Shown here in pieces: positions 48,685-63,804 of a stretch of DNA of 64,000 nt. The position numbers were made by a program, and so were the translations under genes. Source of the stretch: Amoeboaphelidium protococcarum X5 (Eukaryota; Fungi; Aphelidiomycota); the NCBI GenBank assembly GCA_023515725.1, contig JALDTO010000146.1, forward strand, positions 868,001 to 932,000, in the 5' to 3' direction. The notes beneath the pieces are model-generated. The model did no database searches. It had not been told where the DNA came from and worked only from the letters and a program-made list of their open reading frames with translations. Positions within the stretch are counted from its first letter, which is position 1; the number at the start of each line of letters is the position of its first letter.

Positions 48685-51600
48685 CTCTCGAATGAATATA
48701 TTTTTAGTCTAACTTCAGCTACTTCATCAAAGATGATTCTTCCTACTTTATTAAAGTATGGCCCGCAGAATATCCACCTTCCTTTCCTCTTAGATTCTGG
48801 TGCTGACAGCTGCTTCCTTAATGAAAGTGTCGTTTCTGAATTTAATATTCCCGTCGTCAGATGTAAGAGTAAAGTCCGAGTATCTTTCGCTGATGGAGAC
48901 AGGCAGAATAACGTGTACATAACGCATCAGACTGTACCCTTGTAAATGCATATTGGTACTCATATTGAAACCATTACGTTCTATGTGATTAAACTTGCTC
49001 ATAGTGGAATTATTGGGTACTCATGGTTGAAACTGCATAATCCAGAGATTGATTGGTCTGCTGAAACTATTAAATTTGCATCGCCGCATTGTTTGACTAG
49101 TTGCGTTAACTCTCCGGAATCGATTTCAACTTCCGTGGCCTCAGAAACCGCTTGTTCAGTAGTATCTTCCGAAAGTTAGCCTGTATACGTGTCTCTCCCA
49201 GATTCTCGCAATTCTCTTAGTCCTGAGTCAGTCCCTGCTGCAATGTCTGCATTCCATTCCGTCCCTTAACTTCCCTCTGCTGAGAATAATCCAGTTTCTG
49301 AATCCTTTGCTGTTGCTGTGCCTTAACCTGTCGGTGAGGATGCCATTATTGATGTTGTCTCTGATATTAATTAGTTTGACTCTTGTGTCTCTGTTTCCGT
49401 TTCTGATTCTTCGTCTATGTCCACTCCATTAAATGTTAGGAGTGATTCTACTTCTGTCACTACTTCCGTCTCTTGTCTCGATTCTGCGTCTGTCATTACT
49501 TCTGTCTCTAGTCTAGATTCAACTTCTGTCTCTGAATCTGTCTCTGGTCCCTCTTGTCTCAGCATTAATGCAGCAATTCTTGGTATGTATGAGAAGGATT
49601 CTGATAACACTATTATTCCTGGTTTCATTTATGAGGCTGAAGATGGTTCAATTAATTATCGATGCTTATCTGATGTTATCCAAGAGTAAGTTTGTTTAAT
49701 GAAAGAGGATGCCGATGCATCTAATCCAACTCTCCCTAATTAGATTAAGGATTTTGGTGATGTATTCATGAAGTAGCAGTTAAATGAGCTTCCACCTCAT
49801 CGTGAACAAGACTGCACTATTGACTTGGAGCCTGGTAGCAAGCCTCCTGTTGGTAAAATGTATAAATTGACTTAGGAAGAAGATTCTGTCATGCGTGAAT
49901 GGTTATCAAAGAATCTGGATCGTGGCTTCATACGCAAGAGCTAGTCACCTTATGGTGCTCCCTGTTTCTTTGTTCGCAAGGCTGACTGGACTAATGATTC
50001 TAAGTTACGACTCTGCATGGATTACCGTGGATTGAACAAGATTACCATTAAGAATCGGAATCCTCTGCCAAACATATCTGACATTTTCCGCTCTCTTTAG
50101 AAAGGAAAGTTGTTTACTGCATTGGATTTAGATGGTGCATTTGAGCTTCTGCGTGTCAAAGCTGGCCATGAAGCTAAAACCGCTTTTCTCACTAAATATG
50201 GTCAATACGAATTTCTGGTGATGCCTTTTGGTTTGGCAAACGCTCCCGCTTAATTTCAAACATTCATGAATGATCTATTTAAGAACTAGATTGGCAAATT
50301 TGTTGTGGTTTATCTGGATGATATTGTTGTATATACTGATGGTGATGAAAAGGAACATTGGTAACATGTACGCGAAGTTTTGTAGATTCTCCGTTCTAAT
50401 AAGCTTTACTGTAAACTGTCAAAGTGCAAGTTCGCTTAATCTTCTACGTCTTTCCTCGGCTATATTCTGTCCAAAGATGGTATTCTCATGGATCCTAGAA
50501 AAGTCGAAGCTGTTACTCAATGGCCAACGCCAAAGAATGTAAAGGATGTGATGATGTTCCACGGCTTTGTGAATTTCTACCGTAAATTCATTCCGCACTT
50601 TGCAGATCTGACGCGCCCTCTGACTTAACTACTCAAAAAGGATGTTGTTTTTACTTGGGATGCCGAGAGGTAGCACGCATTTGACTCGCTGAAAAAGATG
50701 TTTAATAGTAATATTGTACTAAGTCATCCTGATGAAGAGAAACCTTTCGTGGTTGAAGCAGATGCGTCTGACTATGGCATTGCCGGTGTATTGTCTTAGT
50801 AGTCTGACTCTGGAGAATTCAAACCTGTCGCTTTCTATTCAAGATAACTCAATCCTGCTGAGCGTAATTATGAGATCTATGATAAGGAATTACTGGCAAT
50901 TCATCAATGCTTCAAAGAATGGCGCCACTTTCTGCAAGGTGGTAAGCATCAAGTTACAGTCTTGACTGATCATAAGAGTTTGCAATATTTCACGACCACA
51001 AAGCAATTGACAAGGAGATAGGCTAGATGGTCTCTATTCTTCTCTGAGTTTGATTTTGTCTTGACACATCGTCCTGGTGCCAGAAATGGTAAAGCTGATC
51101 TGCTCTCTAGACGCTCAGATTATGCGGTTGACGAAGAGAAGTACAATTTTAGATGTTTGTTAGATCCTTCGAAGTTTGTGACTCCGTAAGAGTTGGATCT
51201 GTTTTCCATGTCCGTTGGTCAAGAGCTGTAGTGTTAGATGATCAGAAGTGATGTACTCAATAAGGAATTTGATGAAGAGCGTGACTGGCCTATGGTAATT
51301 GCGCATTTCCTGTTGACGGACGAATGGTTGGATGTATCTAGTGACATATTGGATAAATGTAAGTAAGAGTGTCAACATTTCATCATGGTGCATGGAAAGT
51401 TACACAGAATCCTGGCTGATAATCGATCGAAGAGACCTTACTTGCTAAAGTCTGATAGAGATGCTCATATAGCTCGATTCCATGATGGACTTGGTCATTT
51501 TAAGTATCATTCCATAGTTGACCTCATTGAACGCCGTTTCTGGTGGCCTGATATGCATGCCGACATTAAGTAGTATATTAAAGAGTGTGCGCAATGCTAA

Positions 51601-52659
51601 CTTGATGCTTCTAAGAATTAGTTCACGCAAAAGACTCTTCTGCGTCCTATTCCTCCCGTTGCTCTCCCATTCGAGAGATGGGGTATCGACTTTGTGCAGG
51701 ATCTGTAAACGACTAAATCTGGTAATAATCACATCATTACCGCTATTGATTACGCTACTCGTTGGGTGGTTGCTAAAGCTGTGAAGTTTAGAGATTCTGA
51801 TACTGTTGCAGATTTCCTCTACAATGATATCTTTATGAATTACGGTGCACCTTATGAGATTTTGTCTGATAGAGCAAAGTCATTCTTAGCTGATGGTATA
51901 GCGAAATATGAAAGAATGCAAGGTGTTAGACCAATTGCTACTGCACCTTATCACCCTCAAACTAATGGTATGGTAGAGAGAATGCATTCTATGCTCAATC
52001 ACGCGATAACTACTTTAACTAATGGGCGTCCGGAAAGATGGGACGAGTATCTGAAGTAAGCTTTGTTTGGTATACGCTGCCGAACTCATGCAGTGACCAA
52101 GAAGTCACCATTCTACATGCTTTATGGTGTGGAGCCTCGTTTACTAGGTGATTCGCGTCCTCCTGAGTGCACTTTGCAGCCGTTGGATGAGATTGAGTAG
52201 CTTGAGGAGAAAGGAGAAATTATGGCAAGAACCTTTGAAGCTATGGGAGATTCCAGAGCTGCTGCGTATGAGAGATCTAAGACTTAGGCTGAAAGTATGA
52301 GAAGACGTCACAATCTTGATCCGAATGCTCCAGAATATTACTTCAAGATTGGTGATTGGGTCAAGTTAAAGCATCACAGCATGAATAAGTTTGAATTCGA
52401 TTGGAAGGGACCATATCATGTTGTCGACGTTGGATTTCCCGGTACCTACTGGTTGATGTCACCTGATGGAATACGATTTGATGCTACAGTTAATGAAAGA
52501 GATCTTGCTCCTTTTCTGGCAGCTACTGAGAAGAATAAGGACTATTTCTATGATGGATCTTCAAGGAGTTCTGTGGATTAGCTGCCGTTTAGAGAGGGGG
52601 CTAGTGTTAGCACACGCGTCGATCAAGTATCAACAACTGACTCTGTGGGGCTTAGATGA
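48685..52659 (+). CDS. pol: Retrotransposon Pol (PR-RT-RNaseH-IN), same frame as gag
   Basis: [67 protein letters not shown]; no TGA until 52657-52659. Confidence 0.95.
52591..52600 (+). other. Polypurine tract
   Basis: AGAGAGGGGG 4 nt before the 3' LTR. Confidence 0.85.
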
Positions 52660-52902
52660 TCAACATTGTTTCAAGTGCGCGCCTCTCTCATCATTGACGT
52701 CTCGAATAGGCAAGTATCTGCAGTATATTTGCGCGCCACTTATGAACATTGATTTCTTCCACTTAACGTGTTAATAGAGTATTTATCTTATTAACATATT
52801 TTATCTTCCTGTACTTCTGTTGGTGTCTCTGTTTGACTCTTAATCTTTGTATATAGCTTCCCGTCTTTTCCTATTGTGTTTATAGTCTGTCCTAGAGTAT
52901 CA
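52605..52902 (+). repeat. 3' LTR
   Basis: Direct repeat of 47412-47709. Confidence 0.95.
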
Positions 52903-53011
52903 TCATCGACGATCATACCACAAATGATCTACCTGAACTCGTTTCGATCTCAGTAGTCAAGATTTGTCGGGCTCTAGTAGTACTTTGATCAGAGATGGCA
53001 AGGGAATGTAG

Positions 53012-54817
<1,806 letters not shown>

Positions 54818-55053
54818 ATATATTATTTTGTCTTATAATAATTATTAATATTCCAGCACTGGATGCATCTTATTAGCTAGCTCTACTGTAATGACAATTG
54901 TCCACCTGTCTTCTCCAACGTTCGCCGAAATTCCCAATCATCGCTTTTGTTTCCACTCCGATTTTCTCTTCTTAACACACCTTCTTTAGTGGAAACAACT
55001 GATTGAACAAGACATAGTAAATAAATTGAGATAAAGATTAATAACGATTAATT

Positions 55054-55797
55054 ATGACGTATTAAGAAAGAAGCTAACAGTACAATTGGTAGAGTGCCTT
55101 TAAAGCGTCATCTGATATCACTCCGCCTATAAAAAGTCATTTGGTCAGAGTGTACTCCAGTTTGGCCGCTGCTGTTGCAAGTTGTGCTTTAGGCGTGTAT
55201 TTGAATGTGTCTATAAATTTATGGTCTCCTGGGATACTGACGATGATTGCCAGCTTTGCTCTGATATTCGGTATCAAGTCGTTGGCTGCCACTAGAGAGA
55301 ATTAGAATCTGAGATTTGTCATGTTGTTGGGATTCGGCCTACTGTAAGGGCTGGCTATTGGACCGCTGTTACACATGGTGATGTTTATTGATTAGAAGAT
55401 TGTTCTGCATGCTGTTGTATGTACAGCTCTGGTATTCATTGGATTTACTGGTGTGGCTTTGAATGCTAAAAGAAGGTCCTACTTGTATTTGGGTGGTATT
55501 CTTGCCAGCGGTATGTCGATTTTGATGTGGACTTCGCTGTTTAATATGTTTGTCAGATCAAAGATGCTGTACACTGGAGAGTTGTACCTAGGACTATTGG
55601 TATTTATGGGATATGTCATATTTGACACGTAGATCATCATTGAGAAGGCTGCACAAGGCTCCAGAGACTTTATTGGTCATTCAGTTGAACTATTTGCAGA
55701 TTTGATATCTATATTTATTAGAATTCTGATAATAATGTTGAAAAATAATGAGAATAAAAGAAGATAGTCGAATGATAACAGCAGAAAGAGAAAGTGA
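55054..55797 (+). CDS. Bax inhibitor-1 (TMBIM6-like)
   Basis: HLVRVY, AKRRSYLYLGG, YVIFDTQIIIEKA, HSVELFADLISIFIRILII, basic C-tail; TGA. Confidence 0.9.
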
Positions 55798-55847
55798 ATA
55801 ATAAATTTTGAATTGATTATGGTATTTACATTATACATGCTTTCTGT

Positions 55848-56773
55848 TCACTTTCGTTATCGCTTGGTCTATTGATATCTCTGATGCGCTTGATCTTCCT
55901 AAGCACCGCGATTGTAATACAAACTTTAAGATTAGCTACTTATCCCCCTTTAATCGCGATACTGAGAATTTAAATCTTGGTCATAGTCTCGTCTAAAACC
56001 TCCAATGTTGGAGGTTGGTGAACGAGAACGTCGCCTCTACTGCATTGATGAACTATCATACTGCTAATCAATGGAAGTCCTCTTTGATTAAAGCAATTTA
56101 GATCTTAATTACTTTTCTTTGAGTTGACGTGCAGATTAAGATGATATTGATGATTTTAACTTATTTCCATTAATCTCAATCAATGGTTTTTATAATAATT
56201 ACCATGCATTATCAAACGCGTCAAAATGAACAATTATCTATCTACCTTTGAAATCATCTTACGCTACCTTAGCATCACTACTCCTTTAATCTTCAACCAT
56301 TACATGTTCGCTAATACCTAGGAACATCCTCAATAATTCTTAAGCGTCAGACTGAGTCAGTATTTATTAAGACTGCAGAGACACATCGAGGCATTAATCC
56401 ATAACGAGCGAAATATTGTTTACAACGTCATCAACGGGGAAATTATCCATAATGAATTCCATCTACTAATGGGGAGGATAATTAAGAAGCGGCTTAACTA
56501 CAACAGGCAAATCTCCAATAACTACTCCATCGAGATACAATGCGCATACCGCGTCAGAAGTGTCCTGGTAAATGAAAACTGCACTCTTTCCAAGGCCAGA
56601 CACTATGCATGGCTTCATTAGAACGACACGTCCACAATGTTTAAACACATCATATAAATCCTTCTCTTTCACAAGTTATGAGATATTTGTAACCTACAGA
56701 ACATATTTCAAGTATGATAATGTCTTTACTAAAGTAACGCTTATAAACTTACCAAAATATGAAGTGATTTCAT
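55848..56773 (-). CDS. RRM-containing protein
   Basis: VTNISQLVKEKDLYDVFKHCGRV...AVFIY...LDGVVIGDLPVVV; one 5' intron; open to TGA 55848. Confidence 0.6.
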
Positions 56774-56999
56774 CTTTACAAGCGGAAACGCTGGGTAAGT
56801 AATAAGAATAGGGGGAAAGCCCGTTGATAAAGATGGGACATCACCTGAATCATCCAAATCTTCAAATAAAATCCAAGTTTTCTATAAGAATCATAAATCG
56901 ATAACAAATAAAAGATTTATCTAGCATCAAATTTGACGTTAATCAGATCAACATCATCATCATTATTATTATTCATCAGGTCAACTTCATCACTATAAA

Positions 57000-58492
57000 T
57001 CACGCATCAGCACTCTCTTCAATAAACTTCTTCAACTCTTAAATTGTCGTAACCAATTGTTCATTCTCTTGCTATTTCCTTAGACAATCAGACTCTTGAT
57101 CGGAGAGGAGTCTCTATAATTTCGCAACCTTGGCTTTCATGTCCTACAATTACTTCTGACTCTTTTCAAATTGCACTTTCCAATCCCTGCTCGCCTCGCA
57201 TCTAGATTTCAGCTGACCAATTTCTCTCTGGAATTACTATTTCTACTGCAACATTTGTTCCATTACTAGCGCGTTTGCAAATTTTAAACTTTTAAATTCT
57301 TGAATTGCAATCTAAGCTTCCATCACAATTGGATCTATATAACGGTCAGATTACACGCCAACTTCTGTACACTCTTTATTACTACTCTACTTTACTTCTT
57401 TATCGGACTCAAGTTGCTTAATCTAAAGATCCTTCTCCATAATCTCATTCTTTAATTTAGATTGGCAGCTCTCTTGCTTGATTAGCTCTTGGCTTAAATC
57501 AAGATTACGCGCAGTAAAATGTTCCAATTCTTCTGCAGCCTCTGACAATAATAACTCTTACTCTTCATTTTGAACTATCAACTTGTTATAGGCTTGTTAC
57601 AACTCCTCTAGTACCTCAGAAGGAACGTAATCAGTCTGATACTGATCAATAAGCCGAGATTTACAATCAACTTCTCCCTAGAGTTAATAGACACTGTACT
57701 GCAATGATGCAACTTGCAATTTGTATGCATCTCTCTCCGGCAACAATGAATCCACTTATTACTAAAACAACAAAACTTTCTACTCATAATCTTGAACTTG
57801 CATCTATCGCTCTTTATCTGCAGCTCTAGACTGTTGCCATTTTGAGCGCAACTCTTGCAATTTGGCGTCCTTCTCAATTAATTCCCCTTACAGATTGGAG
57901 ATTGTCTACTTCAGACGTGAGATTTAAGCTTGGGATCCATTATCCACTGACAATTACTACAACATATCCACCAACTACTTTTGATTGCCCTTGGTAAACC
58001 GCAAAGACTTTTCCATCAACTTTTACAAGTCATTGCAATCTTTACTTTTATCTGCACCAATCTTGGATAGATGAGAAATGCTCTTCATTGCAGCATTTTC
58101 ATTGTTCTTTGATGATACTTTGAGGCCAACAGGCTTTACCGGAACAGATGCTGAAAGTCTATGTACTCCTTAAATGAATGGCTACAGATAAAATGAATGA
58201 ATATAAATTGCGCCAAACAGACTGTGTAAATATATACGGGGGAAGAATAAACTTACTGGTGTATTCTCCTTAGCTCTTAGAGGCTTTTGTTTCAACTACA
58301 ATATGAAACAATAATATTAGTTGACAACTCAGGACGCAATAATAATACCGTATTGAGTTGATTCTTAGAGCTCAATTCTTTAAGAATGGATGTATTACTG
58401 TTATTAGGAGACGGATCGTCTACATACTTGGCCTTCTTCCACTCTTGCAGCAGTCCAAACCTGCTCTTGGACTCGATATTATCAGCACTCAT
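57000..58492 (-). CDS. Hypothetical long coiled-coil protein
   Basis: E/Q/K/L heptad-rich code-6 frame ending TGA 57000-57002; probable intron near 58170-58255; start approximate. Confidence 0.6.
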
Positions 58493-58890
58493 ATTTATTC
58501 AAATTGTATCAATGAAACTTTGATGCTTTAAGTAGATATAGTTCGAGCCAAGTGATATAGCTAGATAGTGACTAGATGATACTATACAACGTTAGAGTTG
58601 TTGAACAATAGACTACTGTAGTAATAGTGATTACAATAGAGAGAGAGACAGTTGAAACAATCGAAGCGGCGCGCGAGACTTCCACAGCGAGACCAAACGC
58701 AGAAAACTCTCGCTCTATCGTTTTGAAACAAAAGTTTAAGAGAAATCCTCCCCGTTCTCTGATTGTTTCTTCAATTGTTCACACATTTCTGCACGATCAT
58801 CATCATCGTATCACTATCGTCGTAATATTGATTAACTTTATTATCTCTATCTTTATCGTTTTTTATTAAAATCTCTAGTGAATATAGAAT

Positions 58891-59619
58891 ATGTCAGCGG
58901 AAGTGGAAAAACAGTAGAAGCATGTTCCAAAGAGGAATTTGCCTGGTTCCAAGAGATCAGATTGGTACTCGTTTGCTCCATCGTCGCTGGAGGATATGGA
59001 TAGTTCTTTCTCTATTCAGCAGTATCTACAGTATCTCAATAGCCAGACATAGACTGCGGAGTAGGTTGATAAATTTGTTAATCCACCCGATGCTACAGAT
59101 GAAGCTCTATGGCAATATGAGAATATGCGGATGTTGTGTTTGCAGTTGAACAACCTGATTGTGGCTCTGTAGGATGTTTGTCACCCAGAGAATGGCTCGC
59201 CCGGCTGTGTAGAGATGAAGGCTGATGAATGGCTCTATTTATGTGCCTCACATCCGTCTCCGTAGAATTGTTGTGCCATTGATTATATTGTTCACTCACT
59301 CGATGGTGCTAGTGCTCTGTTGAACAGCACCAAGTTCTTCTCATCCCGCGTAAGTGTACCAGACTCTAGTGTGAAGTAGTTTGCCCTCATTGCCAGACGG
59401 CTCTATAGAATATTCGCTCATGCCTACTACCATCACCGTGATGTATTTGATGCCTTCGAGGATAGAACTCGTCTGTATGAACGTGTTGTAAAGTTGAGTT
59501 TGAAGTATGATTTGATTCCACCAAAGTTGTTTATCATTAAAGGATACGGATTTGAGGGAGAAGTCGAGTCTATGCAGTCTTAATAGTAATCGTCTACATC
59601 TTCTGACTCGTCTAGTTGA
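58891..59619 (+). CDS. MOB4: MOB4/phocein (STRIPAK)
   Basis: [55 protein letters not shown]; TGA. Confidence 0.9.
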
Positions 59620-59766
59620 ATTATACATGCGATACTTTTTACCGTATTTGGTAACATTTGATGTTGAATGTGTAATAAAGCGATAAAATGATTACAATTT
59701 TGATAGATTCAGTGATGATACAATCTTCTTTACCTTTATTCTCCTTATGAGGTGCAATCAATAACA

Positions 59767-60921
59767 ATGATGAAACGTTATACGTTGTCTTAATTGTATT
59801 TAGCGGAGTAGCGATTAAGTCTTATTAGGCATAAACAGATTAGCAATAATTTCTAGCAGAGATGTTTGGTGAGTGAGAGAACTTTGTGCTATCATTAAAA
59901 GCGACTGCATTCGTCTCATTAGAAGCACAATGTGGAACTCCCGCGTTAGGCCTTGTAACTAACTGTTATGGGAGCGATTTCTAATGTCGGACTGATTGCC
60001 GCTAAATCTTATTATGGATACAAGTATGGTTCTATATCGCTACTCGCTGATGCTGCTCATGGCCTCGGGGATTTGGTTAGTGATGCTGTGACGTACTTTA
60101 CTTTCAAGATTGCTCAAGATGGGAAATAGTCTACTTCTACTTCAACGCCATCAACATCAACATCAACTAAAAGATATGACGCAATAAAGTATCCATTCGG
60201 TAGAGGCATGTTTGAACCGGTGGGAAGTGTCGTTGTGAGTGGACTTCTTCTGTCTGCATCGATTGGGATCATGTATCATTCCGGACACTTGTTGTTAGAC
60301 ATGCTGGGTGTATTGAATGGTGGTGGTTAATCGCTTCATGCAGATCAATAATAATCTCATACTCATTCACATACTCGTATCGATTAATAAGCTCTTTGGA
60401 TTGCATTAGGGAGTATTGGAGTGAAAGAGTTGTTGTTCAGATACTCGAAACGTGTAGGCGATCAGTTGAAATCATCAGTTATAATTTCTAATGCTTGGCA
60501 TCATCGCGCGGATGCATTAACATCACTAGTTGCCTCGATCGGTGTTGGAGCATCTACTTTCGGATATCATTATATAGATCCTCTAGGTGGAATGGCTGTC
60601 GCTGCTCTAATTTTAAAGCCAGCTGTTCGCGGAATTTAGAATGGGATGGATGAGATACTATGCAAACAGTCTAAAGAATCGCTGAGATTAAGAGATGATG
60701 TATATACATTCATTACTGCAGATAGAAAAATTCAGCCTGAACTACTTTCACGTAAAGCAGACATGAGATTGCGAAAGATGGGTCCATACAGCATTCTATA
60801 CCTTGATGTTGATGCAGCGCAATTGAAGTAATCAAGCGTCTGTAGTCACATCAGACAAGAGATTCATCATGAGTATCCTGAAATTAAGGAGATTATTATC
60901 AACTTGAAGCAATAGACTTGA
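59767..60921 (+). CDS. Mitochondrial cation diffusion facilitator (Mmt1/2-like)
   Basis: SLLADAAHGLGDLVSD, YPFGRG, KELLFRY, NAWHHRADAL, IDPLGG, RKMGPY; TGA 60919-60921. Confidence 0.88.
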
Positions 60922-62115
60922 TAAAATTTTGCAGTATTTCGATATGAATTTTGAGACATTGTATGATGCCTTAATGATCGCTTTAACACTGGACATTTAA
61001 GGCACATACTTGAGACAACGATTCTTCATAATCATCCAAGGCTAATCGCGCTACTTGTAAAGCTACTTCATCACGGTCCACTTTCAATATAGACAAAGCA
61101 GTCAGCAAGCGATAACACATGCCTTGCCGCGAAATTGAATAATCGAGCCAATACTATGATGATTAGAGTTGTTCTTAAAGCGGGTGCGACTATTTAAAAG
61201 CACCGCTTCCTGATATCAACAAGCGAACGTAATGATCAACATTCACGGCATCATACAAGTTCTAATCATTGGAGCAGAATCCATACTCCAATAGAAGAGT
61301 AAGATTATCGTGTGGGCCATAATTAATGAATATTTAGTCTCCGCCCTTATAATCTCTCGGTGCTTTAAGATGGAAACAATTTTACTCAACCGATATCAGT
61401 GTCTACACCAAAACTCAAATGACGCATACAATACAATTAGTGCACGATAATGGTAGAATACTTACTGTAGCAGATACAGAATGATTTAAGAGATCAAATA
61501 CTGGGATCATACATAGAACATTCTATCCATTCACATAAATGATGATAGATCGCGAGTTAACATTATACCATGCCCACGCTAGATCTCGATTATTGATATG
61601 CAGTCCGTATAGTCTTTACAACTATCGCTTGAGGCATTTGTAATCACTTTAAATTCGCTTTCGCTGCTACTATATGCATTCTACACAAAGTCATACAATA
61701 CCCAACGCGTCACATCAACATCAATTTAATCCAATTCGCAATACATACCTTGCCAATGCCGAGGGAGGGACGAGAGTTGACTTTCAGTAAGAGCCAGACA
61801 AGGCAACCATAAATCCACTCCACTAGGGAGACAATAGATATACGACGCGAATTTACTGCAATTACGACTTTGCGCATATTTCTCTATAAGCAGCATGGCC
61901 ATCAATCGTTATCTCTCGGTTCCCAGGATACCAGACGCGGGAGATAGTGGGAACACGATATCATCAAAGTGAATCTAAAGGATATCCTCGCCTTCCGCAA
62001 TATCAACTCGAGCGCCCAACCCACGAATGCCATCCTGCACTTGCACCTGGACGCGACTGATATTATTACAAGCATTCCAAGATGTAGATTAGAAAAGCCC
62101 GTCACATTTAGACAT
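60899..62115 (-). CDS. SET-domain (Rubisco LSMT/Rkm-like) methyltransferase
   Basis: GIRGLGARVDIAEGE, WAWYNVNSRS, MIPVFDLLNHS, INYGPHDNLTLLLEYGF; one intron. Confidence 0.82.
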
Positions 62116-62204
62116 TTTCACTTGCAATATCAATAAATTTATTGCTCAATTTCAAAAAAATAGATTTGCCCCTCTCGAAGATGGTAGAATAAAACAACAC
62201 ACTT

Positions 62205-63804
62205 TCAGTACGGTAATACCTGATGCAAATAAGTATATCTTCCACCGTCTGCAAAGTCAGCTGCAACATGTCCATTACCAACCATTTTGTACTTGTAAAT
62301 CATCAGGCCTTCTAGAGCGACCGGACCTCTAGCATGAATCTTACTGGTACTTATACCAATCTCTGCACCAAATCCATAACGGAACCCGTCAGCAAATCTG
62401 GTAGAAGCATTCCAATAAACACCTGCTGCATCCACATACTTGAAATACTTATCATAATTCTCCTTAGACTCACTAATGATGCAGTCTGTATGTTTAGAAC
62501 CGTGCGAGTTGACATGCTTGATCGCATCATCAATAGAGTCGACAATCTTCACGGCCAACACAAGATCGAGAAATTCAGTTCTATAATCTTCATCATTGGA
62601 CTCTTTCACTTACATTGCATCATCTGTTGAGCCTGATTACAATATAGAACGACCAATCTAGTCCATTCTAAGTTCAATCTTGGCAGCGATCAATTATTTA
62701 ACCAGCTGCTTCAGATGACGATCAGCAAACTTTCTATGCACCAGCAAAGTCTCGCAAGCATTACATGCCGCCGGATAATGAGTCTACACCTAAATTATGT
62801 TGATCATTACTCAATCTTGGCATTACAAATCAAGTACATAATACTTACCTTTGAGTCAATTATAATGCGCACAGCTTTATCATAATCAGCAGATTCATCG
62901 ACAAATACCGAGCATAAGCCATCAGCGTGTCCCAACACGGCGACACGAGTATTACTCTTCACATAGTTCACCAAGTCTTTAGATCCTCTAGGAATCACCA
63001 AATCAATATAATCGTCCATCTTGAGCATCTCTGCCACCTGGTCACGATTAAAAATCAACTACACTGCATTTTAGATAATGTTTGGATCATTCACACTCTG
63101 TAAAGCATCTCTTATAATCTAATTAAGACACTCCAACGTCCCTGCAGCCTCTTTACCTCCTTTCAAAATTACAGCATTACCTACTCACATTAACACTTAA
63201 CGATACATTTAAAAACCAAAATAGAATAATAGATCCAATGTTTAATAATCTTACCAGACTTTATGGCCAGAGATGCAATCTAGATCAATACTTCAGGACG
63301 AGACTCAAAGATGATCAACAGAGTTCCAATTGGGCAGGATACACGACGCAACTCCAGGCCATCAGCCACTTTACTAGCAAGTGAAATCTTGCCTACACTC
63401 CACTTATTGATACATAATAGAATTCATAAACAATATAATCAAACAAGGATTACCTATAGGATCAGGCATAGAAATTACATCAGATATTCCCTTAAGCATA
63501 TCATTAAACTTGGAGTCATCCTTGCCAAACAGGTCCAATCTCTTAACCAAGTTCTAATTCAAATTTCCCTTACTAGCCTCATCCTTCGCTTTCTACACAA
63601 ACTCGTCATAAGGCACTTGTATATTATCACCATATCAAAACTAAATCATACCGCAAGATCCTGTTAATTCTGAACTCTAAGAGACTCGATACCATCTTTC
63701 AACTTCTACTGTAGACTTGCCAATACAGAATTTCGACCACCTTCAGACGATGCTTACAACAAGAGAGAAGCCTCACGTGCAGCCTTTGCAGTCTTCTAAG
63801 CCAT
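62205..63804 (-). CDS. PRO2: Gamma-glutamyl phosphate reductase
   Basis: CPIGTLLIIFESRPE, IDLVIPRGS, YPAACNACETLL, HGSKHTDCI, NASTRFADGFRYGFGAEIGIST, HARGPV; three introns; start approximate. Confidence 0.93.

Larger units (their letters stand above)
47412..52902 (+). mobile_element. Full-length Ty3/gypsy LTR retrotransposon
   Basis: 298-bp TG...CA LTRs, TCAT 4-bp TSD (47408-47411 / 52903-52906), gag-PR-RT-RH-IN order, PPT. Confidence 0.97.
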
